Assembly: GCF_001194135.2 (NCBI RefSeq)
Contig: NC_068984.1
Location: 80,069,005-80,127,992 of the forward strand
Length of the DNA stretch: 58,988 bases
Direction of reading: 5' to 3'
Source of the DNA: Octopus bimaculoides
Taxonomy: Eukaryota
Below, in pieces: positions 40,748-53,499 of this stretch (positions within the stretch are counted from its first letter, which is position 1; every line of letters begins with the position of its first letter). The translations under genes were made by a program, and so were the position numbers. The notes beneath the pieces are model-generated. The model ran no database searches. It was not told the origin of the DNA and worked only from the letters and a program-made list of their open reading frames with translations.

Positions 40748-41810
40748 CATGATTTCCATAGCTGGATGCCTTTCTTAATGCTAACCACTTTACTGTGTGT
40801 GCTGGGTGCTTTTTATGCACCAACAGCATGGGTGCATTTATGCAACACCAGCACAGGTGTGTTAATTCTGCACCAGCATGAGTGCCTATTAAGTCACACC
40901 AGCACCTGAAAGGACAAGCCTCTGTGTGTGTGGAAGATAGGGATTTTACTTAGCTTGATGCAAATTGCCAAATCTCCAGGTCCCTTGTCAGTTTCTCAGT
41001 GAGATAAGTAAATAACAAAATTCATAACGAAACAAAAAAAATATAAAAATATAAAAAAAGCACAATCAAAATCCGACAGTGAAACACATTAAAACCTCCC
41101 CAGTGTGCAATGCAATCACCACCTGACATGTATGAGATATAATTCACATCGTGTTTAAATCGTACATGATTACTACCACCCGGCATACGCAAGAACGCAT
41201 AACACACCACAGCTTGCGCAGAACACAATCACCATCGAATCGAACACAACAGTACATCTCTCACGTGACACATATTCCATGCAACTAAGTGCCAAAACAT
41301 TAAGAGTAACGCAGAAATAAAGCAAAAATAAAGAGAAAAAAAAAACCCTCAAAACAATCCATCGACAAAGGAAAAAGTTAACTGATGTAGTAGACAAACA
41401 CAACTTGACAATCCCAAATGATAGTACTGCATACGCACATACAAACTTACACACACACACATACACTGCAAAAGTATGCAGATGCACTTTGTAGTACATT
41501 AGTGACTTGCATGAAATTGTTGAATAATAATAATAATAAGAAGAAGAAAAAGAAGAAGAAGAAGAAGAATAACAATAATGATAATAGTAGTAAAAAGAAA
41601 AAGGAGTATGATAATGGCAATAATAATAATAATAACAACAACAACAACAATAATAATAATAATGATAATAATAATAATAGTAATAATAATATAATTCTTC
41701 ATGCTCTCTTTTTTTTTTTTTTTTTTTTTTTATTTTCAGCATTCTTTCTATTTCTTTTCACAATCTGATCTCTTGTTACAACACATAATTTTAATCTAGT
41801 AACATATTGA

Positions 41811-41851
<41 letters not shown>

Positions 41852-42119
41852 TTAAATGTTAAAAAGAAAAATTAATAAAAAAAAAAAAGAAGTTCCAGTA
41901 ATTAGTTAATTAACAATGTATCTGTTGGCATTTTATGGTACGAAGTCACTGATTATCTTTCTACTGCTAGAAGTTAATTATGAGATTAATGGTAATGAGT
42001 AGATTAGGAACTCAGATCGTTCTATGTATGAAATCTTTCCAATTTGCCTGTTGCTGCTGTTATCGCCATTGTTGTTCTTGTTCTTGTGGTTGTCGCCGCA
42101 GCTGTTGCTGTTACGTTGT

Positions 42120-42760
42120 TAATTATTGTTGTTGTTGTTGTGGTAAAGACGATGGCAAAAGTGGTGCTGCTGGTGGCGGCATTGGTGGTAGTGGTGGTGG
42201 CAGTGGTAGTGGCATTGGCAGTGGTGGTAGTGGTGGTTGTGTTGGTGATAGCAATGGTGGTAGTGGTGGTTGTGGTGGCGGTGGTAGTGGCATTGGCAGT
42301 GGTGGTAGTGGTGNNNNNNNNNNNNNNNNNNNNNNNNNNNNNNNNNNNNNNNNNNNNNNNNNNNNNNNNNNNNNNNNNNNNNNNNNNNNNNNNNNNNNNN
42401 NNNNNAAGACGATGGCAAAAGTGGTGCTGCTGGTGGCGGCATTGGTGGTAGTGGTGGTGGCAGTGGTAGTGGCATTGGCAGTGATGGTTGTGGTGGTCGT
42501 GTTGGTGATAGCAATGGTGGTGGTGGTGGTAATGTTGGTGATAGTGATGGTGTTGGTGGTCATGATAATGGTGAAGGTGGTAATGGTGGTAACCGTTGTA
42601 ATAGTAATGATAGTGGGTGAGGTAGTTGTGATGTCATCATGTTAACAGAGGTGGGGGTAGTGATGGTGGTGGCAGTGATGGTGGTAATGGTAGGGTTGTG
42701 ATTATGGTGGTGTTGGTGATGGCAGTGGCAATAGTATTGGTGGTGGTGGTGGCGGAATGC
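42120..42760. repeat. Imperfect (GGT/GTG)n trinucleotide array with a gap
   Basis: Low-complexity sequence; sequence on both sides of the gap is duplicated. Confidence 0.85.
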
Positions 42761-43486
42761 AATGCTGAATAAACCATCCATCTTTGATCGGAGAAAGGGA
42801 AAGTGTTAATCGATTCCGAATTGTATTAATAAATAACGACTAATTACAATAAATAATGAATTACCAAGAAAAGTGTGATGATGTTGATGATGTATTAAGT
42901 TGCTGCAGCCATAACCGCAACTGCAACAACAACAACAACAACAATAACAGCGAAGCAAAAGAAAATGGAGAGAAAAAGGTGCAAAGATGAAAGCAACACG
43001 GAGGGGAAAAAGAAATGAAATGATTTTTAATTTCTTTGTCAGTAGTTAATGAGCAAAATCTTATGACACTGATGATAATAATGAGGAAGAGAAGTGGCCA
43101 GTGGGGCTGGGGGATTGGCAGAGGAAGAGATGTGCATGGAGAAGGTGGAAAAAAAGGAAGTGGTGATGATGACGAAGGGAGATCTGTGATTATCTTTTTA
43201 TTGTCTCCTATTAAAATGGATGTATTGAAATGATAGAGCAGAGCTGTGTCTAATATGTACTATAAACATTATACATACATGACATAACACCCATGGACAC
43301 ATACTTGGGTACGGTTTATGAGGCGTGACTATGTGGTAAGTAGTTTGCTTCCCAATCCATATAGTTCCAGGGCTCAATCCTTCTGTAGTTTTCTAATATA
43401 ACCATGGGCTGACTGGCCAAAGCCTTGTGGATGGATTTGGCAGACTGAAACTGAAAGAAACCCATTATGTGTGTATATATATTTAT

Positions 43487-43519
<33 letters not shown>

Positions 43520-43861
43520 CACATATGTAGTAAAACAGGAAATTGTTAAATTTATTAGTATTATTTATTCACCATTACACATGTTTCATTTGGTGTGAAG
43601 AAACAGCTGTGATTTTACCCCACCTACCTACATAATGTGTGTGCGTGTACATACATACATACATATGTGGAGTCGTACATACGTACTACATGTGGATTGT
43701 TGGCAATTTTTTTCCTCTGTTCCCTGTTTTTGAAGAAAAGCTTTGCTCAAAACGTAAAACACCTTTTGTTTCCTTCCCTGAGCATCTAATTCATACTTTG
43801 CATGTACCACGTCCTCATGTTGTTGTTTTTTCTCGGTTATCTTGTGTGTTTGTATATATAT

Positions 43862-44230
43862 ATCATCATCATCATCATTGTTTAACGTCCGCTTTCCATG
43901 CTAGCATGGGTTGGACGATTTGACTGAGGACTGGTAAAACCAGATGGCTACACCAGGCTCCAATCTGATTTGGCAGAGTTTCTACAGCTGGAAGCCCTTC
44001 CTAATGCCAACCACTCAGAGAGTGTAGTGGGTGCTTTTACGTGTCACCCGCACGAAGGTCAGTCAGGCGGTACTGGCAACGGCCACGCTCAAAATGGTGT
44101 ATTTTATGTGCCACCCGCACAAGAGCCAGTCCAGGGGCACTGGCAACGATCTCGCTTGAAAATCCTTACACATGTCACGGGCACAAGTGCCAGAAAGGCG
44201 ACGCTGGGCACAGGTGCTATCCCGATTTTG
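43862..44230 (-). mobile_element. SINE family C, long copy; others at 29380-29580, 37905-38100, 47440-47970 and 55502-55655
   Basis: (cat)n tgtttaacgtccgctttccatgctagcatgggttggacgatttgactgaggactgg...gggcactggcaacgatctcgc. Confidence 0.85.
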
Positions 44231-44465
44231 CTATGCGTTTTTTCCTTAATGGTACTGCTCCAGCATGGCAGCTGTTCAAGAGCTAAAACCAGTAACAGAA
44301 TAAATGTAACACACACTTATGTGCATACATGCATATGGACATTCTTGCATATGCACATACGTGTAAGCAGATGTATATATATATATGAATAATTGACATT
44401 TTATATTCTAATCAATATGTATATACAGATAAGAATACATGCACATATGCACACACACACACACT

Positions 44466-44505
<40 letters not shown>

Positions 44506-44571
44506 TACTCATCTGCATGTTTATGTATTTGTGTGTTAGCACCTAATTGAACAGTACATTTTGTGCTCCCG

Positions 44572-44612
<41 letters not shown>

Positions 44613-44754
44613 CACACACATACTGATAAGAAAACACACACACTCACACAAACATATGAGTATGTACATATATATTAACAATTTACATTCTATCCTCCCA
44701 ACCACATATTCATATTGCAAACAAAACACACTGACTCTCTCTCTCTCACACACA

Positions 44755-44791
<37 letters not shown>

Positions 44792-45344
44792 GCACATGCA
44801 TTTATGCATGTATTAACGGTAATATTCTCATATACATGTGAGCTTATTATAAATGACTTTGTTATATTAAATTTTAAGAATCTACATATTTACATTTCAA
44901 GATGAATTATTGTCAATTTTCAAGATTCCTGCGCTATTAATCTCATCAACTTATTCCGATTCCATGTATCCTTGATTCAGTCCTTGTCCCCTTTTGTTAT
45001 ATGGATTAATCATAAATAAGGAGCTATGTGATGACCCTTTGAAGGTCCTCTTGCACTAATGAGATTAATGATGTGGTGAATATTCAGTTTAGTTTGAACA
45101 TCTGTATATCAATTTTCCTGGGAATAGAATTGATAGGGTTCTGGTGATAGGATCGGCATTATGACTAGTGTAGGCTTCATGATCCATGGGTGTGTTTCCA
45201 AAACCATAGGCAAGAACCTGATAAAAGAAGACAGTATTGTCACAACTATTAAGGAGTTTATGACACTGATGAAGGAACAATTTATGTGTTGTGTTCCTCA
45301 TTGTGTATGATATAGTTGATGGATGGTGATGGTAATTGCCATGG

Positions 45345-45730
45345 TGGTGGTGGTAGAAACTGTGACTGTGGTGGTGGAAGCTGTGGCGGTGGAAGCTGTG
45401 GCTGTGGAAGCTGTGGCTGTGGTGGTGGAAGNNNNNNNNNNNNNNNNNNNNNNNNNNNNNNNNNNNNNNNNNNNNNNNNNNNNNNNNNNNNNNNNNNNNN
45501 NNNNNNNNNNNNNNNNNNNNNNNNNNNNNNNNNNNNNNNNNNNNNNNNNNNNNNNNNNNNNNNNNNNNNNNNNNNNNNNNNNNNNNNNNNNNNNNNNNAC
45601 TGTGGTGGTGGAAGCTGTGGCGGTGGAAGCTGTGGCTGTGGAAGCTGTGGCTGTGGTGGTGGAAGCTGTGACGGTGGAAGCTGTGGCTGTGGAAGCTGTG
45701 GCTGTGACTGTGGTAGTGGCAGCTGTGTGG
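45345..45730. repeat. Minisatellite with 15-bp core GGAAGCTGTGGCTGT, spanning a gap
   Basis: Repeated ggaagctgtggc(t/g)gt units mixed with ggt triplets. Confidence 0.85.
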
Positions 45731-46167
45731 GGAATCAGTGGTGGTGGTGGTGGTGGCAGTCAGTAGAAAGAGAGACACTAGGCGGTAGTGCAAGAGGGAG
45801 AGCCAGGTGTGTTTGGGGGCATTGCCCTTTTACCATTTTCAGGGTGCTTTCTGTCTACATATTTTCATGTTGCCAGGCTGGCTTCTATCCTATATGCTCT
45901 GATCAGAATACAAAACCGATGACAAAGTACTATAAATGGCAAAAACAAAAGCAATTTTATTAGATGCCATCAAAGAGAGAAAACTAAAATATTCTAGAAA
46001 TTTAATTAGAAAAAGAAAAACTGGTTTGCTAAGACTGGTAATGGAAGACAAAATGAATTGGAAGTGGGGAGAGGAAAAAAACAAGAATTATGTACATGGA
46101 TAATAACAAAAAATTAGACAAAATTAAAATACCATTCCATTAAGCTCTTTGCTTCTTACGGCTATCT

Positions 46168-46206
<39 letters not shown>

Positions 46207-46213
<7 letters not shown>

Positions 46214-46510
46214 GTAGTATATTGCCACTTAAGTGTGGCTGACCCCTAGGGGTGGATGTTACTGTTGCTTTTAGCCCCAGGAGGACATCCAAGGTCATCA
46301 GCTGTCGAACGCCGACGAAGGGAAATAACCCTGAAATCCGGATACGTTCGTGCTGCTGGCCGTGGTGAGAGGGATAACTCCCTTGGCAAACAGGACACAG
46401 TCGTGTGTCGATAAGCCAGCTGGAGGAGATGTCCTCCTGGGGCTAAAAGCAACAGTAACATCCACCCCTAGGGGTCAGCCACACTTAAGTGGCAATATAC
46501 TACACTTTAT
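46207..46510. mobile_element. 304-bp element: perfect 83-bp inverted arms around a GC-rich 138-nt spacer containing a hammerhead
   Basis: 46207-46289 is the exact reverse complement of 46428-46510. Confidence 0.85.
46306..46350 (+). ncRNA. Minimal type I hammerhead (U4C variant)
   Basis: CGAACG-CCGACGA-AGGG aaauaa CCCU-GAAA-UCCGGA-UA-CGUUCG. Stems I and II are perfect; stem III is the palindrome AUCCGGAU. Confidence 0.75.
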
Positions 46511-46604
46511 CGTGCAGTTACTGTTAATACTTCATTTAGAGAATTAACATTGCTTATATATATATATATATATATATAAAAGGTGAGATGGGTTTAACCC
46601 TAGG

Positions 46605-46679
46605 CATAGTGAGAGCCACTGATGAGCATTGTGTTAAGCATCAAAATGCAAAATCATCGATGATATGGCTATATCTGTG
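46605..46679 (+). ncRNA. Type I hammerhead with G12A substitution
   Basis: AGCCA-CUGAUGA-GCAUU...AAUGC-AAAA-UCAUCGAUGA-UA-UGGCU. Stem III is the 12-nt palindrome AUCAUCGAUGAU. Confidence 0.65.
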
Positions 46680-47069
46680 AATGTAGGGAGCTTGTCTCCC
46701 TTATCAGCTTATTACGATAGTGCTTCTGTGGCTATTGAATTGTTTTGACTCTTATTTCTAGCAATACTAGTGCTGATTAGTGCCCTTTGTTCACTTCGGT
46801 AGCATATCTATATATAAATAAATGTCAAGCACTGAGAATGACTGCTCAGCACTGCATTGGTGAGTAGAATTTGTGTATTTAGGCTACCATTGGTTTCATG
46901 TTAAGAAAAATATCTTAATATCCTAACAACTTCTCAAGCTGATCATATGGAGGAATGGTGTTTGTCTCCGTTTTGGATGAAAACACAAAGTCTTATGAAG
47001 TCGCAGAAAGATATTAACATATTTTTCTTAACATGAAACCAATGGTTGCCTTAATACACACACACAAAA

Positions 47070-47104
<35 letters not shown>

Positions 47105-48783
47105 AGACTGGCTCTTTCATTTTTGTCTACCAAATTATATATAATCTACCTGCATCTCATTTTTTCTTGTGATTTCTCTTATTCCAGTGTCCTGACTTAT
47201 AAACTGAATAGGACATATGCACAGAACCCGAAGATTGCTTAGAGACACAAGGCATGTTATAAAAACCTGTCTAGAATCATGTCTCCAAAGCATGATATTA
47301 TTAGTAGTTCATATCATTATATTGTGTACATTAAATGATATTTATCTTTCACTGGGTAGAGTACTTTTTTTATTGATCATGCCTTAACAGTAAACACTCT
47401 CTCTCTTTCTTTCCGTGTGTATATATATATATATATCATCATCATTATCATCATCATCGTTTAACGTCCACTTTCCATGCTAGCATGGGTTGGATGATTT
47501 GACTGAGGACTAGTGAAACCAGATGGCTACACCAGGCTCCAATCTGACTTGGCAGAGTTTCTACAGCTGGATGCCCTTCCTAACGCCAACCACTCCGAGA
47601 GTGTAGTGGGTGCTTTTATGTGCCACCGGCACGAAGGCCAGTCAGGTCGTACTGGCAATGGCCACGCTCAAAATNNNNNNNNNNGATGATTTGACTGAGG
47701 ACTAGTGAAACCAGATGGCTACACCAGGCTCCAATCTGACTTGGCAGAGTTTCTACAGCTGGATGCCCTTCCTAACGCCAACCACTCCGAGAGTGTAGTG
47801 GGTGCTTTTATGTGCCACCGGCACGAAGGCCAGTCAGGTCGTACTGGCAATGGCCACGCTCAAAATGGAGTATTTTATGTGCCACCCGCACAGGAGCCAG
47901 TCCAGGGGCACTGGCAACGATCTCGCTCGAAAGTCCTTACACATGCCGCGGGCACAAGTGCCAGAAAGGCAACAGATATGTGTGTGTATGCATTTCTGAA
48001 TGTGTTTGTATCTCCTTGCTTTGATATTGCATGCTAGCTGTAAATGAGTGTAACTTTCAGACAAGAGTAGTGATAGTCATTTCCAATATTCAATGAAAAC
48101 ATGTCTGGTTAAAGGAAAATATGAAAATGTTACTTTGGTGAGAAAAAAGGAGAGGGTTGTTGACAGGAAGGGTATCCAGCTGCAGAAAAACTGCTTCAGC
48201 AAATTGTGTCTGATCTTGCAAGCTTAGAAAAGTGGACATTAAAACAATGGTATTAGTCATTGATTTAAAATCAAGTTTTCTGTCATTGCATATTTATTTC
48301 AAGTTATCATGAAATATATATGTCCTGACAAATATCAAATATATTAGCACTAACACATTGTTTGCTTTGAAATAAATAGCGTCTCTGAATTATTTATTTT
48401 CTCTATAAATATTCAATAGGATATGTAGAGAAATATATACAGAATTATCTTAACATAAACGCAACTGGGAAAAGTATTCATTTGGTCAGGTATTACGATT
48501 ATGATTTCACTTTTTAACCTTTAGTTGGTTTTAGTCTTTGATACAACATCAGATTTTAAGGGTTTTAGCCGATTTATAATTTTGTCTAATATACATTCTA
48601 TTGATCTATGCCCTTCAGTATTTTTGAGTTTGTCATTTATCATGAAATATGTCTCTTTTTATGGAATTACCTTTGCTCAGGAAGTAAATACCATACAAAG
48701 TTTATACTACACTGGTATACAAAGACACATACATACACATAAAATGCATGCACATGCATACATATATATGTATGCATGTATGT

Positions 48784-48818
<35 letters not shown>

Positions 48819-48955
48819 TACGCATATACTTTTATGTATTTGAGTAGTATATTCTTGGTTATGGCCATAACTGGTCAGAAAGTTATGTTTGGTTTCATAT
48901 TTCTTATTGTACTGGATAATGTTGATGGCTCATCAGACATGATGGACAAATGACC

Positions 48956-49019
<64 letters not shown>

Positions 49020-50231
49020 CACACACACACACAGATGTCTTACAACTTGAGTTTCATGCCATCATGACACACAATTTCAATTTCCCCTACTCTACAACAT
49101 GTATTGAACACTCCATTGGGCTCTGATCAGTTGACTACCAGATATCGCTAACAATTTAATGGTCAGTTTGATGCCATGTTAGAAGGTATCTAATCCAAGA
49201 TTCTTTACACAGAAATCAAACACTGAACCATATAGTGCCTTGTCGGTAGATTTAGTCAATGGAAGCTGAAAGAAGCCCATCATATTTATGTGCATGTGTG
49301 TATGTGTATTCATGTGACCCTGTAGCCTTAATATCATGCAATTGTTGTAAGAGAACTCTTTAAGGTTGTGAATTAGTTGAATCATTAGTACACTGGACAA
49401 AAATGCTTAGCAGCATTTCTTCTGTCTTTATATTCTGAGTTCAAATGCTACCAAAGTCAGCTTTGCCTTTCATCCTTTTGGGATTCATAAAATAAGTACC
49501 AGTTGAATACTGGGGTCAATTTAATCAACTTACCACCTAACCCTAAAATTGCTGGCCTTGTGCCCAAATTTGAAACCATTATTTTCAAGTCAGTACTCCA
49601 GTATGATCAGAGTCTAATGACTGAAACAAGTAAAAGATAAAAGCAATCTCTATCATACAAGCAATATTATTTGTTTCAAATTTTGACACAAGACCACCAA
49701 TTTCAGGGGAGTGGGTAAGTCATTTAGATCGATCCCCAGTGCCCAACTGGTACATCTTTTATAACCACCAAAAGGATAAAAGGCAAAGTCAACCTCAACA
49801 GAATTTGAACTCAGAACATAAAGACAAATGAAATGTTGCAAAAGCATTTTATCTGGTGGTGCTAACGATTCTGTGAGATCGCTGTCTTAAGAGAAATCTC
49901 AACCAGCTTGCATACAACTGGGGGTTGCCAACTGGGAAGGCATCTAGCCATAGAAAATCTGCTTCAACAAATTCCATCTGATCCATGATGGTGATGATGA
50001 CAATGACAGTAACAGTAGTGATGACGACAGACATGCCTCTACTTATATATCAGATGACATGTTTGATAGATTACACACTTTCAAAGATTACAAATTTAGA
50101 CCCTGCTAATTTCAATTATACTTTTGTAGAGTTTTAAACATCATATTATTCTAATTTTCTTTTACTTCATTTTGAGCTAATGGAATAGTCTCTAATTTCA
50201 ACTGGGGAGGCTTCAAATTTTTCCTTCTACT

Positions 50232-50324
<93 letters not shown>

Positions 50325-53300
50325 GTATATACATATATATATATAAATGTTTGTACTGTATTTTATTCATTTATATCATTCCTTTCTGTCTTTCTCTTCA
50401 CACACACACACACGCACACTCACACATGCACGCATACAAATAAACAAGAAGCAATTATGGACGCATTTTAATTTATTTGAAAAATGTTCAAAGAATTTAA
50501 GTCTTACTTATGGGAAAATACAGTTGCATTATTGTGAATATTCTCTCTATCTCTCTCTCTTTCGTGGAGTCTCTCTCTTTCTCTCACTTGATTTCTTTCT
50601 CTAACTCTCTTTCTCTCTCTGTCTCTGTATCACTCTCTCTCTCTCTTTCTCTCTTTGCCTCTATTATTATGCATCATTTTCTGATGTCATCAGTCTGTAC
50701 GTGTGGTGGCAATTGTCTTTGTCTTTTGTTATTTGTTCTTAGTTCATCATTCTTATTTTCAACAATTATATTTGCATTGCAGCAACTGGTTCATGTAAGT
50801 TGACTGTTTACCACATGCAATCCACACTTGTTCACTTACATTATGTAACCTCAGAATGAAGACCCCTATATCTATTTGCTAGTGTGTTAAAAATAAAATG
50901 ATATATAAATCTTTGTTCAATTGCTTTATATTAAAATACAATATTATATTCATCTGTTTCAATACTTAATTACACACATGAATACATATTTGCTCAATTG
51001 AGTTGGAAATAGAAATTCTATTTTCAGAAAAGGAAACAATATGCTGTTGTGATGTTCATGTATTTCAATGTAACATTAATTACATCCATTCCTATGTTCT
51101 AAGTTCAAATTCCACCAAAGTTGACTTTACCTTTCATCTTTTTGGGGTTGATAAAATAAGTTCTAGTTGAGAAACAGAGTTGATGTAATTGATTTACTTC
51201 TTCCGCAAATTTTCCAGTCGTGTATTGAAATGTGAAATTAATTGTAATGTTAATTGAAGTATCTAGAAACAGAACCATCATGAATTCATGCCTCTGCTTA
51301 TAATGGTACATTCAACAAAAGAACCACATGGTATTTAAATGTTTGCTTTCTTTTACACCAGTGTTCTGGTTGTATTTCATATCTTATGTACTCAACGAAA
51401 TAAGTACCAAGCAAAGTACTGTCATCAATACAATCAATTAAAACACTTGAAGACAGTGCCCCAGCATGGCCAAGAGCCCATGCTACAGCACTGCCTTTTA
51501 CACTTATGTTTTCTCTCCAGGCTCATTTGGAAACTAGTGAAAGAATAAAAGAATAGATATAGAGAAAACTTGTCATAGTGCCTGATTTATTTATTAAGTT
51601 TTGTTTCCCTTTCTTCCTCCTGTGCAATAATATATGAGAAGTTATGACTGCATTTCGATAACTAAAGGTAGTAGACATACATATTCTTGGTTAATCTAAA
51701 TATATCTCAGGTGTTTGAATATATCTTGTAAACAAACCAGAGATCAGTTAGCCAAGCTTAAGACTGGCATGTGATAAGTTTTTACTTGCATTCTCTCAAT
51801 TGTATTATCTCAGTTGTATTATCTCAACAGAAAACCAACCTCGTTAATCATTTCTGTTCTACAACTATAGAAAGAACTGTATGTCATGTGTATGTATGTG
51901 TGTGCATGTTTGTGTTTGTGTGTATGCATGTGTGCAATCGTGTGTGTGTGTGTGTGTGTGTGTCTGTTTTCCATGTTACAATAGTGAACCGTGCTATGTC
52001 AGTTTCATTTCTGAGTAGAGTTGTGACTATTTTGCTGATCCGATTTATGTCTACAAAAATTTCATGAGATGTCTGTCCTGTCCATTCTTCATCATCTTCA
52101 TCCAGTGTTTTAAATCTGAGTTTTGTCCCCATTAACAGGGGTGGCCGGATCTACCTCAATGCCATAGCAACTGAGATAGGCAGGTGCAGCCCACTCTGAC
52201 CTTTGGGCTGGCTGGTACCCATTCTCCTTTGCTATCATGAGGCTTTTTTGGAGTTGAATTTTCACTTGTTCTCAGCCACTTTAATTACTAATTGCAGCTA
52301 ACTGTAGTCTCCATCCAATGAAAAGTGCATTTCATGTACTTCTACTAAAACATTTGTTATTTATAGTCACAGTGGAGCCAATTTGTTTCACTAAACATTC
52401 CAAAGCAATGACTGAAGCAAGTAAAATAATGAAAGAATAAAAGACTATATCAAACTCCTCAGTTACTTGAAACAAACAAAGATGAAGATATGCAACTGAC
52501 ACATGCTACCATATAATAGATTCTCTACTACCAGGGACCTAACTACCTGATTGAGCACTCTGTCTGTGACGAAACTGAAGGCTCATAGTCACATTAACAA
52601 AATCTAGATACTGAACAAAATATTGTGACAGTTAAGCTTTCAAGGGACTTCATCATTGCAGAGTTGTTAGATTGGATATGAAGTGACACTTCATACTGAA
52701 GAGGGTCAACACTTAAAGTAGTTGTCACCATTTGATTGTTTGTTAAGTAAACTATAAGTCTTTTATGAGACATGTAGCTTGGACTGTTCAAAATGAACTA
52801 GTTACAAAATGCATACATGCATATGCACACCTATGCATACATACATGCATCCATGAATACATATATGTATGTATTTACATGCATATATCTACATATTTTA
52901 CTTATGACTAGTCAATGACCATCCAGTGTGTAGATATGTATAACTTGCTTTATATATTCTCATATGTATGTTTATTTTCTTCTTTTTATGTATATCTTAT
53001 TTTATTTATATCTTTAAATTACATATCTTTTACATTTTTATATATATGTTTGAGCTGCTCCACATTGGACACCAGAATGATATTTAATTACTGTGGAGCA
53101 TTTGGGCATTGGTTTGGTGTCTCATACAAGATAGCCTACCTCATGGGCAGGTAGAAACTCTTTAACCTTGGTTGGTAATCCACTTAGGAGAAAGAAATCT
53201 TCAAAATAAAATCTGAGGCCTTGGAAGTTCCTGGTTTTGTCAATTCTCATGCCCCACCGGTGAAAGTCTTCATGAGCTAATCGGTAGGGGTAGTGCAGTG

Positions 53301-53499
53301 CAAGCTACACCCACTGAAAAATTATTCATCTGCACAGGTACTTCTTGTAGACTAAATCTTTTAAAATTATTGAGTTGGTTGGCAGAAACCTAAAAATGCA
53401 CTTACAATTTATTCTGAAATATCTCATATCTACATATTTGTACATGCATAAATGTTTGCACGAATGCATACATGGATACAAAAGAAAATAATGAACAAG

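Noticed and set aside
45266-45298. CUGAUGA followed by a 7-bp hairpin AGGAACA/UGUUCCU
   Set aside because: No GAAA follows the stem.
46290-46300. Minus-strand CUGAUGA in the inverted-repeat element, suggesting an ambisense ribozyme
   Set aside because: No correctly placed GAAA on that strand.
51884-52132. Minus-strand ORF containing DIARFTIV, reminiscent of the GT7 IARY motif
   Set aside because: It is on the wrong strand relative to the exon, has weak splice signals and runs into (CA)n.
52547-52590. CUGAUUGA-GCAC...GUGAC-GAAAC-UG...UAGUC
   Set aside because: The core has an insertion and there is no stem I complement; at most a fossil hammerhead.
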